From: Eledone cirrhosa
Lineage: Eukaryota
Assembly: GCA_964016885.1 (NCBI GenBank)
Contig: OZ024748.1
Coordinates: 42,160,001-42,224,000, forward strand
Length of the DNA: 64,000 nt
Reading direction: 5' to 3'
Below, in pieces: positions 1-11,782 of the stretch. Position numbers and translations under genes: made by a program. Position 1 is the stretch's first letter. Each line of letters opens with the position of its first letter. The notes below the pieces were generated by a model, which was not told the origin of the DNA, did not search any database, and was given only the letters and a program-made list of their open reading frames with translations.

Positions 1-399
1 AATTTCTCTTTAAAGTAAAATAATTGTTTCTACTTTTGGCACAAGGCCAGCAATTATCCCAGTGCATTACTGGTACTTTTTATCGTTCTGCATGAAACTA
101 ACCTAGCTTTTGTCACCTAACAATTATATTTTTTTGTTTTCTTTGTTGTATTGAAAATTGTTTAATTTTAATTTCATTTTAAATTTAAATTTTTTTTATC
201 ATGCTTCTTAGACAACTGGTATGTATACTCTTTTAGTTAAGGTATTTCCTTCTAGTTTATATACAGTTTTAATAAAATAAGAAGTTAAAGGCTGAAACAC
301 TTGCTTAAGGGGGAGGGGGGGTTCTTCTCTGAAGATCTTCTGCTGTCCAGCTCTCCTGGGAGGTTCTTACCACTACAATTTGTTAGAATAACCACCTCT

Positions 400-1706
400 A
401 TCAATGGCTGAACTAGAGAAGAAATTCTAAACTTGGAAGCATGGCCTAGAATCAAAAAGCCTTAAAATTAACTTGTCTAAAACTAAAGTTCTAGTATGTA
501 GGAAGGAAAATAGGGCACTGGTCTCCTCTGGGAAATGGCCATGCTCAGTGTGTAGGAAAGGAGTAAGCAGAAACTCCATTTTATGTCCCAAATGCAAAGT
601 ATGGGTGCATAAAAGATGTAGTGGGATCACAGGTAAGCTAACTAAGAACATAGATTTTATATGTGGCCGGTGCTCAGGTGCAATAAGTAGTAGCAAGTGC
701 CCACAGGATACTAGCTCGTTCCATTGCCCAGATGGTTCTATAGAAATAGTGGACACCTTCCGCTACCTGGGTGACAAAATCAGCAGTGGTCTGAAAGTAC
801 AGTAGCTAGAGTCAGAACGGGATGGAAAAAGTTCAGAGAGCTTATACCACTATTGGCCGTTAAAGGTTTCTCTCTGAAAATGAAAGGCAGACTGTATGAT
901 GCCTGCATATGAACAGCAATGTTACATGGCAGTGAGACATGGGCATTGTGTGCAGAGAATCTGCGCAGACTGGAGAGGGACGAAGCTTGCATGCTCCGTT
1001 GGATGTGTAATAGTAATATACGCGAACGGCAAAGCATAAATGAACTAAGTGAGAAATTAGGAATAAAAGGGATCAGATGCTGTTTACTCGAGAGAAGACT
1101 ACGTTGGTATGGTCACGTGATGCGCATGAAAGACGACAGCTGTATAAAAAAAATGCAGGGCGATCAAAATAGATGGAAGCTACGGAGTAGGCAGACCCAG
1201 AAAAACCTGGGACGATTTGATAAATTCCGACCTCACACACTTACACCTCTCCAAGACAATGTCACTGGACCGAGATCTTTGGCGCTACGCAGTAACATAG
1301 AAGACCCGCCTTGCCTAAGTACAAAGTGAAACCTACAGTCAGTAGGCATCTCCTAACCAAAAATACACTCCCATCCCATTACCCTTACCCCCACCCCCAT
1401 CTACACCACCCTTTCGATGTAAAGTTATGTTGGTACCACAACATCCAGTGCTAAATAAATGAGGTCGTGTAGGTGTCACGACAAAAAAACATACAGTCCA
1501 CGCTGTAATGTGGCCGTGTAGGTAACACGGTAAAAATCTCCCAGTCCACACTGTAAACGTCGTTGGTGTTAGGAAGGGCATCTAGCTGTAGAAAACCCGC
1601 CAGACAGTCCTATACGAGCAAGACAACCAATCTTGCCTCACGTGGGACAATTCCCATCTAAACCCATGCTAGCATGGAAGATAGACGTTAAACGATGATG
1701 ATGATG
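400..1706 (+). mobile_element. 5'-truncated, degenerate RTE-clade LINE (C-terminal ORF2, 3' UTR, (GAT)n tail)
   Basis: ORFs 473-805 and 919-1329 closely match the C-terminus of the 58781-61231 ORF (CSVCRKGV..CPKCKVWVHKRCSG, MLHGSETW, RRLRWYGHVMRM). It has frameshifts and a stop, the same 3' UTR, and ends in gatgatgatgatg. Confidence 0.93.
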
Positions 1707-2336
1707 TTCTTGTGGTAAAAACTGACCAGAAACGCTTTGGCACTAATTTGTTCTAATACAGAAGTTCAGGATTTAAATGGGGCTTCTTCTCCCTCTGAAG
1801 AACTTTTGCTGTGCAGCTCTTCTGAGAGTTTTTACCACCACATATATGTTGCTTACCTCAATATCAACTGAAGTTTACTGTCCCATTTAAGATTTTTGTG
1901 TATGTAGAAGGGCTTAAAATACTAAGATAATAAAGATGCCAGTGCTGGTGCCATGATAAAATACACCCTGTACACTCTGTAAAGTGGTAGTACTGGTGTT
2001 ATGATAAAATACACCCAGTACACTCTGTAAAGAGGTTTGGTGTTAGAAAAAGCATCCAGTTATAACATCTATAATGTCTTCATTTGAACAACAACAGTTT
2101 CAAGGCTATTTCCCTTAAGATAAATGTTATGTACAAATGTCAGGTTTGGGCCCCAAGTTCATTTGACCTCCTGGTCAGTCCCATCAACTTCTAGGGGTCA
2201 GTACTAACCATTTAGGGCTCTCCCTGGTTTATATATTCACTTTTTTATTCTTATTCTTTATTTTTAAAAACTTTTTTCTCATTTTTTCTTCTTTTATTAT
2301 TTGTAGCTTTTATTTGACTTTATTATTTTCTCTCCT

Positions 2337-3110
2337 TTAACCCTTTTGATACCAAACTACCCGAAACCACCCCATTTCTAGGATACAAAAATGTTTATTT
2401 TAAACTGATTATTTTTATCTAAAAATCTTCGATCATAATTTTATGTAACTATCTTAACCCTTTTGATATTAACCTAGCCAAATCCCACCCCTGGTTCTAT
2501 GTAACAAATCCACCCAATTTAAAGGGTTCCTATTTTTATTGAAATTTTTCAACATAATCTATATATATAAAACTGAGGGTGTCTCTGTGTGAGTTTGAAT
2601 CCCTAAAACTCGAGAACCACCCAACCGACTATTTTCAAACTTTACACATGTAATACTTATGTTTCAGGGAGTGTTCTGAGCAAAAATTTTTTCAAATTTT
2701 CAATGTCCTAGGGACTGCATTAGGCAATTTAGCAATCTCTCTCTATAATTCTTAGTCTTTCTATTTTTAGATAGATACAAACATATAACGTCGCGCCCTT
2801 ATAATATCTGTCTGTATGTCTGGCTGTCTGCATTACGTCACTTCCCTGAGGATGTCTGTGTGTGTGTCTGTGAGTTTGAATCCCTAAAACTCGAGAAGTA
2901 CCCAACCGATTTTTTTCAACCTTTACATGTGTATTACTTATGTTTCAGGGAGTGATTGGCACATAAAAAAATTCAACATTTTGTATTAAAATACAGTGTT
3001 TTTCATTAGGTAAGACCACACGAGAAAGTAATTTTACTAAATCCCTCCAAATTCTTGATTATTCAATTAGTTGGTATTTTTCATCAGAAGTTTGGTACCA
3101 AAATGGTTAA
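2337..3110. mobile_element. Degenerate TTAA-type MITE pieces (TTAACCCTTTTGAT...) interrupted by a Helitron-like 5' fragment (~2558-2990)
   Basis: ttaacccttttgat occurs at 2337 and 2455. The segment starting a|tctatatatataaaa (A|TC start) carries an internal ~100 bp duplication (2580-2670 and 2865-2955). No 3' CTAG end was located. Confidence 0.5.
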
Positions 3111-3344
3111 CTCCCCTCCTCTTCAGATGCAGTTATAAATCAATATTGTTCCAGATAATCTCTATTTCCTTATTTTTGGTTTAATATTTATATTGTTTTG
3201 TTTTTCAGTTATTTTAAGTTACTTTCAAAAACCTTTATTTTTTGCACGACGTGTTTTATATAGTTGCTTTATTGTGTAAATTTAGTTTTAAACAATATTT
3301 TGTATGTATATATATATTTGCTGTGTTTGGAGTGTGGGGGTGTG

Positions 3345-3488
3345 TGTATATGTGTGTTTATATATATATATATATATATATGTATGCATATATATATATA
3401 TATATATGTATGCATATATATATATATATATATGTATGCATATATATATATATATATATATGTATGCATATATATATATATATATGTA

Positions 3489-3530
<42 letters not shown>

Positions 3531-3665
3531 CATATATATATATATATGTATGCATATATATATATATATGTATGCATATATATATATATATGTATGCATA
3601 TATATATATATATGTATGCATATATATATATATATGTATGCATATATATATATATATATGTATGC

Positions 3666-3698
<33 letters not shown>

Positions 3699-3748
3699 CA
3701 TATATATATATATATATATATATGTATGCATATATATATATATATGTA

Positions 3749-3784
<36 letters not shown>

Positions 3785-3818
3785 CATACATATATATATA
3801 TATATGTATGCATATATC

Positions 3819-3860
<42 letters not shown>

Positions 3861-3886
3861 TATATATATATATATGTATGCATATA

Positions 3887-3919
<33 letters not shown>

Positions 3920-3958
3920 GTATGCATATATCTATATATATATATATATATGCATATA

Positions 3959-4008
<50 letters not shown>

Positions 4009-4046
4009 CATATATCTATATCTATATATATATATGTATGCATATA

Positions 4047-4077
<31 letters not shown>

Positions 4078-4225
4078 GTATGCATATATCTCTCTCTCTC
4101 TATATATATATATATGTATGCATATATCTATCTATATATATATGGATATGCATGTATGTAAGTGTGTATGTATGCATATATATATATGTATAAATATATA
4201 TGTGCGTGTGTGTGTGTGTGTGTGC
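3345..4225. repeat. Compound (TA)n/TGTATGCA microsatellite
   Basis: Directly visible. It accounts for the I/Y/C/M-rich pseudo-ORFs. Confidence 0.98.
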
Positions 4226-4444
4226 ATGCTTGGAAAAAATTTGTTACTTTTGTTTTATATTAATTTAGCTATAGTTATTTAAGATATACATATATATATT
4301 ATATATATATGCAGAGCTTATATTTAATTTGTTGGGATTCAACAAGCTTAAACATTTTTATAACTGATATAAAGCACTCAACAGATTAGTGGAGTAAATA
4401 CACAATATATTAATAAATGGAAACTATATTTATAAAACCATATT

Positions 4445-4510
4445 TATTTTATTATACATATTTCAAGGGCAACCAAGGCAAATTATGGTGTGCTTTCATC
4501 AGATAAAATA
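4445..4510 (-). ncRNA. Minimal type I hammerhead ribozyme motif
   Basis: Reverse strand reads TATTTTAT-CTGATGA-AAGCACACCA..TGGTTGCCCTT-GAAA-TATGTA-TA-ATAAAATA: 8-bp stem I, intact core, stem II, short stem III, AUA cleavage triplet. Confidence 0.8.
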
Positions 4511-4605
4511 CAGATTTGTTTTATAAATAAATATTGACATACCCGGAAAAAAAGACAACCTTAACGGTTGGAGCTTCCTGGATATTTATTTATAAAACAA
4601 ATCTG

Positions 4606-4671
4606 TATTTTATCTGATGAAAGCGCACCATAATTTGCCTTGGTTGCCTTTGAAATATGTATAATAAAATA
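4606..4671 (+). ncRNA. Minimal type I hammerhead ribozyme motif
   Basis: TATTTTAT(4606)-CTGATGA(4614)-stem II-GAAA(4652)-TATGTA-TA|ATAAAATA. Predicted cleavage is after 4663. Confidence 0.8.
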
Positions 4672-4704
4672 AATATAGTTTCCAATTATTAATATATTGT
4701 ATAT

Positions 4705-4739
<35 letters not shown>

Positions 4740-5078
4740 ATCTGTTATAGGAAATATATATTTATATATCCAATGTATCAAGACATGAACCTCGATATGA
4801 ATCCAGATCTAGTAGACTGTCATCAAAGACATTTCCACCATCTCCATTCTTATTTTTACATAGTTTATCTAAGACTACATCATCTAATGTCTCTTTTCTT
4901 TTTTAAGATGGCAAGGTATGATCAAAGGGCCATTTGGTTTATATTTCTAGCTGGTTGAATCATTACTCTGGAGTCTCATAGTTTTGTATATAATACCCAT
5001 TATATATAATACCCATTATATATAGAAAGAAACAAAAACAAAGGGGTGGGGGAAAGAAAGAAGAATGGGAAACAATTA

Positions 5079-5349
5079 CCGTACATACTTGAATATAAGC
5101 CGAGGAATATGTGGCCAAAAAAATCAATGGTAGAAGGAGGGTGGCTTATATTCAGGAGTCAATATTTTGACAATTTTCACCAACTTCAAATTCTATGTAA
5201 ATAAGGTTCGGATTTTTACCCATTTCCCAGACATAAAATAATTGTTTCTACTTTAGGCACAAGGCCAGCAATTACCCAGTGCATTACTGGTACTTTATTT
5301 TATCAACCCCATAAAATAATGGAGTCGGCTTATATTTGAGAATATACAG
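5079..5349. mobile_element. Tc1/mariner-pogo type MITE with an inserted SINE 3' fragment
   Basis: TIRs ccgtacatacttgaatataagccga and tcggcttatatttgagaatatacag, with TA on the left flank. A SINE tail lies at ~5236-5318. Confidence 0.7.
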
Positions 5350-5852
5350 TTTTATTGTTAAATTTTTTGTATACTCCTTGAACTGGAAGATCTTGATTAT
5401 TGTTGGTTGATTCCCGACAATAAATTGGACCTATAACTGTAGAAATATTTTTAAGACCAATTTTAAAATGTCCTCTCTACCCACTCTCTCCTCCCCCTCT
5501 CAGATTTTCTCTTTCTGTTTATATTTTCACTTCACTCTTTGTTTCCTACTTAAGAACAACATTTGGTAGATAAGTCATAAGTCACATGCAGATCTTTTTT
5601 GCTCCTATTTTCCAGTACCCCCCCTCCCCCTCGCGACTTATCTACAAGTATATATATGGTATTTATTTTTAGTTAACTGATGTTTTATAATTTTATTTAA
5701 TTATTTATAACTTGAGGCATTTTTATGTTCACTGCTTTTTCCTTTATTTGGTTTTGTTTCAGTGAATTTCTTTGTTTCATCTTGAAAAGAAAAAAAATTA
5801 TTATTTCAGTTAAAACAAACATTCTTTTTATGATATTTTTTTATATTTTAAG

Positions 5853-5883
5853 GAAACCGTGAAAAGAAAAGATCTTTAAAACG
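5853..5883 (+). CDS. Internal exon of unidentified gene (..NREKKRSLKR)
   Basis: Pyrimidine tract + AG and a GTAAAT donor. The 31-nt exon ends in phase 2, matching the exon at 6724. Confidence 0.65.
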
Positions 5884-6053
5884 GTAAATATAGTTACTGC
5901 TAATATATTTTTCCCTGACCAATTCTTATATTCTGTCTTTATATAATTGATTTTATTGTTCTTTAACTTCAATTCTTTCTATTTCTCTTTTTAAAGGATA
6001 AAGTTTATAATTCTGACAAGTATTATAAGAAATTTAATAAATATAATGGTTGT

Positions 6054-6261
6054 TTAACCCTTTAGCATTTAAACCAGCCATATCCGGCCAGAATTCTCTT
6101 ATCTCTTTCTGTTCAAACCGGCTATAACTTGCCACTCATACTGATGTTAAGGTATTGTTCTCAAAATAAATAATATCAAATATTTGATATTATGTAAGAT
6201 AAAGCCTTCAGCGTGAAAATACAATAGTATATATAGAGTAATGTAAATGTTAAAGGGTTAA
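6054..6261. mobile_element. TTAA-flanked piggyBac-like MITE (family A)
   Basis: TTAA|CCCTTTAGCATTTA ... TAAATGTTAAAGGG|TTAA. Other copies are at 19298, 21333 and 38102. Confidence 0.85.
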
Positions 6262-6488
6262 AATTGGGGAAATCATAATGTGAATATTTAGACTGATATA
6301 ATGTTATAAGTATAGAAGCTACCAGAATAATTCTGACATTGCTTCTGTAGAACTTCTCAATGGTAACATGTATGAAGAGAAGCTGTTATAGAGCAGACAC
6401 AGTGTGATATGTTTTATTTAGGTGCTGTTTTCCTAAGAACATATTATGACTAATAGCAATCAAAGAAATCTAAGAATTCTAATGATTA

Positions 6489-6697
6489 TATATAATTTCT
6501 TCCCATGTTTATATATAATTCCTTCCCATGTTTAAATATAATTTCTTCCCATGTTTATATATAATTCCTTCCCATGTTTATATATAATTCCTTCCCATGT
6601 TCATATATAATTCCTTCCCATGTTTATATATGATTCCTTGCCATGTTTAAATATAATTCCTTGCCATGTTTAAATATAATTTCTTCCCATGTTTATA
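6489..6697. repeat. 23-bp minisatellite, ~9 copies
   Basis: Unit tatataattccttcccatgttta, immediately upstream of the 6724 acceptor. Confidence 0.95.
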
Positions 6698-6723
6698 TAA
6701 TAATATATGTTCTACTTTTGTAG

Positions 6724-6927
6724 GCGACAAACTAATGAATTAACAAACAGCCGGCAACAGGCCCAGAATCTCAATGACGATCTTGTTGACAAAGAAAATA
6801 AAACTAACGAAGCTATCATTGCCAAAAATATTCAACCTACCACACCAGAAGTAGTAATGTCAGAAATTGTTGGTAACCAAGGTAACAAAGAAAATGAAAA
6901 AAACTCTGGCAGTGATGTAGAAGCTGT
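6724..6927 (+). CDS. Internal exon of unidentified gene (RQTNELTNSRQQ...SGSDVEAV)
   Basis: ttttgtag acceptor and GTAAGT donor. The frame is open (ORF 6707-6931), phase 2/2. Confidence 0.85.
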
Positions 6928-7424
6928 GTAAGTTAGACATTTCTATTTCTTTGTTCTAATATATTTATACTGTTATAAAGACAGTGGATTTCTTGCTTAG
7001 GTGTGTGATTGTTAAATTAAAATTTATCTTACACATACCTTCAGTTATCTACACAACAAAATCACCCAGTACACTCTGTAAAATGGTTGGTGTTAGGAGG
7101 ACATCCGGGTGTAGAAAGCTTGCCAAACAAGGGTTTGGAGGACCCTTTAGTTGTGTCAAAAGACAGGACATCTCGTCTGCACTCAATAGAATGTAGGACC
7201 TTGAGTAAACAGGAAGCAGACCCCTCAGCCTGTCACATAACACTGCTTCAGTACTGACTTGGTCTATGTAGACCTATCTAATCCTTGATGATGATGTTGA
7301 TGATGATCTCGTAAAAGGGTGAAAGCAGTGATTCTTTGCTTAAACTTTAATTTGTACATATAATAACTATATATATATATATTTGTGTGTATGTGTATAT
7401 ATATTTATCTGGTTTACTTTGTAG

Positions 7425-7530
7425 CCATCAGATATGTGAGGATAACAAACAACAAGGAAAAATTAAACTGAATAGTGTCAATAGTATATCTTCTGATGCT
7501 CTCAGTGAGAAAACAGAACGACAGATGACT
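7425..7530 (+). CDS. Internal exon of unidentified gene (HQICEDNKQQGKIKLNSVNSISSDALSEKTERQMT)
   Basis: tttgtag acceptor and GTAAGT donor. Its 106 nt convert phase 2 to phase 0, exactly what is needed to join the flanking exons. It is absent from the ORF track. Confidence 0.85.
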
Positions 7531-7783
7531 GTAAGTAACATTCTATGTTAATCTCTACCTTTATAGAGGGCAGAGTCCTCAAACATTCCTTCCAGCGGGT
7601 CATGTCAGAAGTAACTGTCTCCAACTGATCTGGCTGGATCTCCAAGTGTGACCAGCCAAACTCATGTTGAGCATTTGTAAAAATTGTAAATAAAATCATG
7701 TGATTTATTTTGATACACCTTGTTTTTCTATTCCTTCTAAACCTATTAAAATATTTGTTGCTGTTGTTGTTGTTGTTTAACAG

Positions 7784-7997
7784 GGAGAGCGGAAACCTGG
7801 AATAACTGGTGATTCAGCACCAAATTCTTTAGAAAGAGGCGAGTATCTGAAATTGTATGAACAAGCCGAACAAGAATGCGAGTCTGAATATCTTCGCACC
7901 TGTTCCCAAACTGTATCTACCGATAACTTTATCGAAGATTCTAGCTCTTGCTCAGAACCTGATGAAGTTGAACCAGAACCAGATTATGATCTTGAAG
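7784..7997 (+). CDS. Internal exon of unidentified gene (GERKPG...EPEPDYDLE)
   Basis: tttaacag acceptor and G|GTAAGT donor. It is open and acidic, and ends in phase 1. Confidence 0.88.
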
Positions 7998-8127
7998 GTA
8001 AGTGTTACTCAGTGATCAACAGTTATACATTACCTGACTCATCACTTTATATAATATTTCTTTCCTATTTATATTGTACAACAAAGTTTATTCTATTGAA
8101 ACCCTTATAACCATTATACTAACACCA

Positions 8128-8342
8128 GCGGTGAATTGGCAGAATCGGTAGAGCATCGTACACCATGCTTTGCAGCATAGTTATGGCCATTTATGTTCTG
8201 AGTTCAAATCCTGCTGAGATTAGCTTTGCCTTTCATCCTTACAGGGTTGATGAAATAAAGCACCAGTTATGCACTGGGGTCGATTTAAGCGACTTTCCCC
8301 TCCCCTAAAATTGTTGGTCTTGTGCCTAAATCAAAAACCATT
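8128..8342 (+). mobile_element. tRNA-derived SINE family A
   Basis: Box A TGGCAGAATCGG, box B GAGTTCAAATCC and a central gcctttcatccttac.gggt.gat.aaataaag.accagt motif, found in many copies. Confidence 0.88.
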
Positions 8343-8569
8343 ATACTAACATCAATTTATATAAAAAAGTAATAAAACAAGACAAAAATGTGGGAGTAGA
8401 CCCCACAAAAATGTATGGACGATTTTCCCTTCTAATATTGTTTGACGTAAGATTTGTTTTAAAAAGATTCTATCATAGTAATCTCATATTTTTGTTCTTG
8501 TTTTGGTTTAGTTGTTGGTATGAAATAATTAAAATTAAAATAATTAGAAACAACCCTACTGACATTCAT

Positions 8570-10005
8570 AAAGTCTTCTTCTTCTTCTCACTTATCCTGA
8601 GAGTCCTCAATTAATCCTTCCAGTGGGTTCTCCCAAAGCGAGACCAGCCAAGCTCATGGATATTATCCAACCATCTTGCTCGGGGTTTACCCCTGGGTAT
8701 CTTGTCGGTTGGTTTTGTCTGTAAAATCAGTCCAGTGATTCTTTCCTGAGACATTCTAACCACATGTCCATAGTATCAGAGCTGTGATCTCTCAATTCAG
8801 AGATTCTTTCCTGAGACATTCTAACCACATGTCCATAGTATCAGAGCTGTGATCTCTCAATTCAGAGATTCTTTCCTGAGACATTCTAACCACATGTCCA
8901 TAGTATCAGAGCTGTGATCTCTCAATTCAGAGATTCTTTCCTGACACATTCTAACCACATGTCCATATTATCAGAGCTGTGATCTCTCAATTCAGAGATT
9001 CTTTCCTGAGACATTCTAACCACATGTCCATAGTATCAGAGCTGTGATCTCTCAATTCAGTGATTCTTTCCTGAGACATTCTAACCACATGTCCATATTA
9101 TCAGAGCTGTGATCTCTCAATTCAGAGATTTTTTTCCTGAGACATTCTAACCACATGTCCATAGTATCAGAGCTGTGATCTCTCAATTCAGAGATTCTTT
9201 CCTGAGACATTCTAACCACATGTCCATACTATCAGAGCTGTGATCTCTCAATTCAGTGATTCTTTCCTGAGACATTCTAACCACATGTCCATAGTATCAG
9301 AGCTGTGATCTCTCAATTCAGAGATTCTTTCCTGAGACATTCTAACCACATGTCCATAGTATCAGAGCTGTGATCTCTCAATTCAGAGATTCTTTCCTGA
9401 GACATTCTAACCACATGTCCATAGTATCAGAGCTGTGATCTCTCAATTCAGAGATTCTTTCCTGACACATTCTAACCACATGTCCATATTATCAGAGCTG
9501 TGATCTCTCAATTCAGAGATTCTTTCCTGAGACATTCTAACCACATGTCCATAGTATCAGAGCTGTGATCTCTCAATTCAGAGATTCTTTCCTGAGACAT
9601 TCTAACCACATGTCCATAGTATCAGAGCTGTGATCTCTCAATTCAGTGATTCTTTCCTGAGACATTCTAACCACATGTCCATATTATCAGAGCTGTGATC
9701 TCTCAATTCAGAGATTCTTTCCTGAGACATTCTAACCACATGTCTATAGTATCAGAGCTGTGATCTCTCAATTCAATGATTCTTTCCTGACACATTCTAA
9801 CCACATGTCCATAGTATCAGAGCTGTGATCTCTCAATTCAGTGATTCTTTCCTGAGACATTCTAACCACATGTCTGTAGTATCAGAGCTGTGATCTCTCA
9901 ATTCAGACACATAGTGGTTCTACCTGGAGTGACTCTGATCTCTGAGCTATACACTCTATCGAGTAACATTACTCCAAAGACCCTTTGGAGGAACCCCATT
10001 TTGGT
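8570..10005 (-). mobile_element. 3' fragment of a second RTE-type LINE family, with an internal segment amplified as a 65-bp minisatellite
   Basis: It matches 40255-40510 and 47050-47250. The reverse strand encodes IERSQL*YYGHVVRMSQER and ends in a (GAA)n tail. Confidence 0.85.
8736..9907. repeat. 65-bp tandem repeat, ~18 copies
   Basis: Unit attctttcctgagacattctaaccacatgtccatagtatcagagctgtgatctctcaattcagag. Confidence 0.97.
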
Positions 10006-10616
10006 CATACAGTAAATAGTAATATTTTGAAATAGTCACTACACTGTATATATTATGTATAGCTATGATATTGTCACTACACACTATATATATATATAGT
10101 GGTAATATTGAAAATGTGCTTATACAATCAACAAACTCTCAACTTTTATTTGGATATCATATGTGTGTGTATGTAATCCATCCAACTCATACAAGTGAGA
10201 CAGAATGGACATAAAACGATGATGATGATGCATTAAATATCATCTTACAAATGAGTCATTTTATTAAATTCTTCCAAATATTTTATTATTTTCAAAATTA
10301 ATAGGAACACATAGGGTAGAGTATTTCATTAGAAATACAGTAATGAGAGGGTTAAACATCTGTACAATATCATTAATGTAATTATCATTAAACAAATCTT
10401 AATTAACAATTATATGTTGAGAGGACTCTTTAGTTGTGTCAAGGACCTGACAGCCTCCCTAATGTTGATGACCCAATAAAAGCTCCCAGTACATGATAAA
10501 TTCTCCTTTGCACTTGATATGACTGTACATAAGCAGGATACAGACCCCCTCACCCTGTCTGGGAGGTCAGTAGCCTTGCTTCCAGAATTACTCTGTCATT
10601 ATTTAATGGTTTTAAA

Positions 10617-10806
10617 GGGCGGTGGATTGGCAGTATCGGTAGAGGGTTTGATGCCATGCTTTCCAGCATAGTTACGTCCCTTTACGATCTGAGTTCAAAT
10701 CCCGCCGAGGTTGACTTTGCCTTTCATCCTTACGGGGTCGATAAAATAAAGTACCAGTAATGCACTGGGTAATTGCTGGCCTTGTGCCTAAAGTAGAAAC
10801 AATTAT
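10617..10806 (+). mobile_element. tRNA-derived SINE family A
   Basis: Same head, body and tail as the 8128 and 41028 copies. Confidence 0.88.
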
Positions 10807-11209
10807 TTAATGGTTTTACTAAAAAAGTTCTCTAAGGGATGAAACATCTTCAATTGTCCTATGTCTTTTAATTAAAAACTATTTTCCTGTTTCTGTAAAT
10901 ATGGCAGTCACCGTTATTCTGTTACATACAATATTTTATACATCATTGTTAGATGATGGGATCTGCCCTTTGTTGGAGATATTGTATTTTCTGTCTGAAG
11001 TTTTATTGTTCTTACCAACAAGTAGTCTTAGTCAGTGGTCATTATAGTCTATAACTAGTGATAGTTTTAGTGTGATTCATTGCTCAACACTAACTCAGCA
11101 ACTCAATCTCTTTCTCTCTCTCTCTCTCTCTTTCTCTCTCACACACACACACACTAGCATCATTTGGTTTATAGTGTCTCTTCATTTCTATTTATTTTCT
11201 TGATTTTAC

Positions 11210-11415
11210 ACCCAGTCCACCTTGTAAGATGGTTGTTTTGGTGCCACAATAAAACAATGCCCAGTCCACACTGTAAATGTGTTTGGCGTTAGGAAGGGCA
11301 TCGACCTGTAGAAACCAAGACAACATACAGATCTGTATGAGCAAGATATGGTCACCTGATCTCATATGAAAGCCATCTAATCCATGCTAGTGTGGAAAAA
11401 TAGACATTAAATGGT
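11210..11415 (+). mobile_element. RTE LINE 3' UTR / SINE tail fragment
   Basis: cccagtccacactgtaaatg..ggcgttaggaagggcatc..ctgtagaaa motif shared with 1540-1700. Confidence 0.75.
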
Positions 11416-11759
11416 ATTGATTTTAAACTTTAAAAAATGACATACAGATTCTTTCAAATGTTCCACTGGTTGGTGTCTGGAGAATTTCTTAAAGGAAGAA
11501 ATACCTTATTATTCTAGCTGGGTTTAATATGTCTTTATTAGCTTCTATTAAAAACAATTGACTGAAACCAGAAATCACATTAACTAGACATAGTTCCAAT
11601 TCTTTACAGCTATTACCTTGTATTGTTTTGTTTAAAAAACAAAACCCAAAGACTAAGACTTGAAGAATGCCTTAACATTTAAAAATCTTTATAAATTTGT
11701 ATAAATCATCAGTTAGAATCCTATTTTCTATTTCTTGTATCTCTTTATTTCCATTTCAG

Positions 11760-11782
11760 CTGAAAAATCTGAGGTTAAGTAA
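11760..11782 (+). CDS. Candidate alternative last exon 1 (AEKSEVK*)
   Basis: Strong pyrimidine tract + tttcag, phase-1 compatible, with the stop immediately followed by AATAAA. Confidence 0.4.

Larger units (their letters stand above)
4402..4700. mobile_element. Fold-back (inverted repeat) element, probably an inverted Penelope-like pseudo-LTR pair
   Basis: Arms ~4402-4535 and ~4582-4700 are near-perfect reverse complements and each carries a hammerhead motif. Relatives lie at 45312-45592 and 61396-61580. Confidence 0.75.

Noticed and set aside
3242-4282. Long I/Y/C/M-rich ORFs (also 44041-44669, 49305-49721, 55886-58467, 61608-61850)
   Set aside because: They are translations of (TA)n/(TG)n microsatellites that lack stop codons.
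8736-9907. CRISPR-like regular arrays (also 14029, 29160, 47648, 53653)
   Set aside because: The units are head-to-tail with no unique spacers, there are no cas genes, and the context is eukaryotic.
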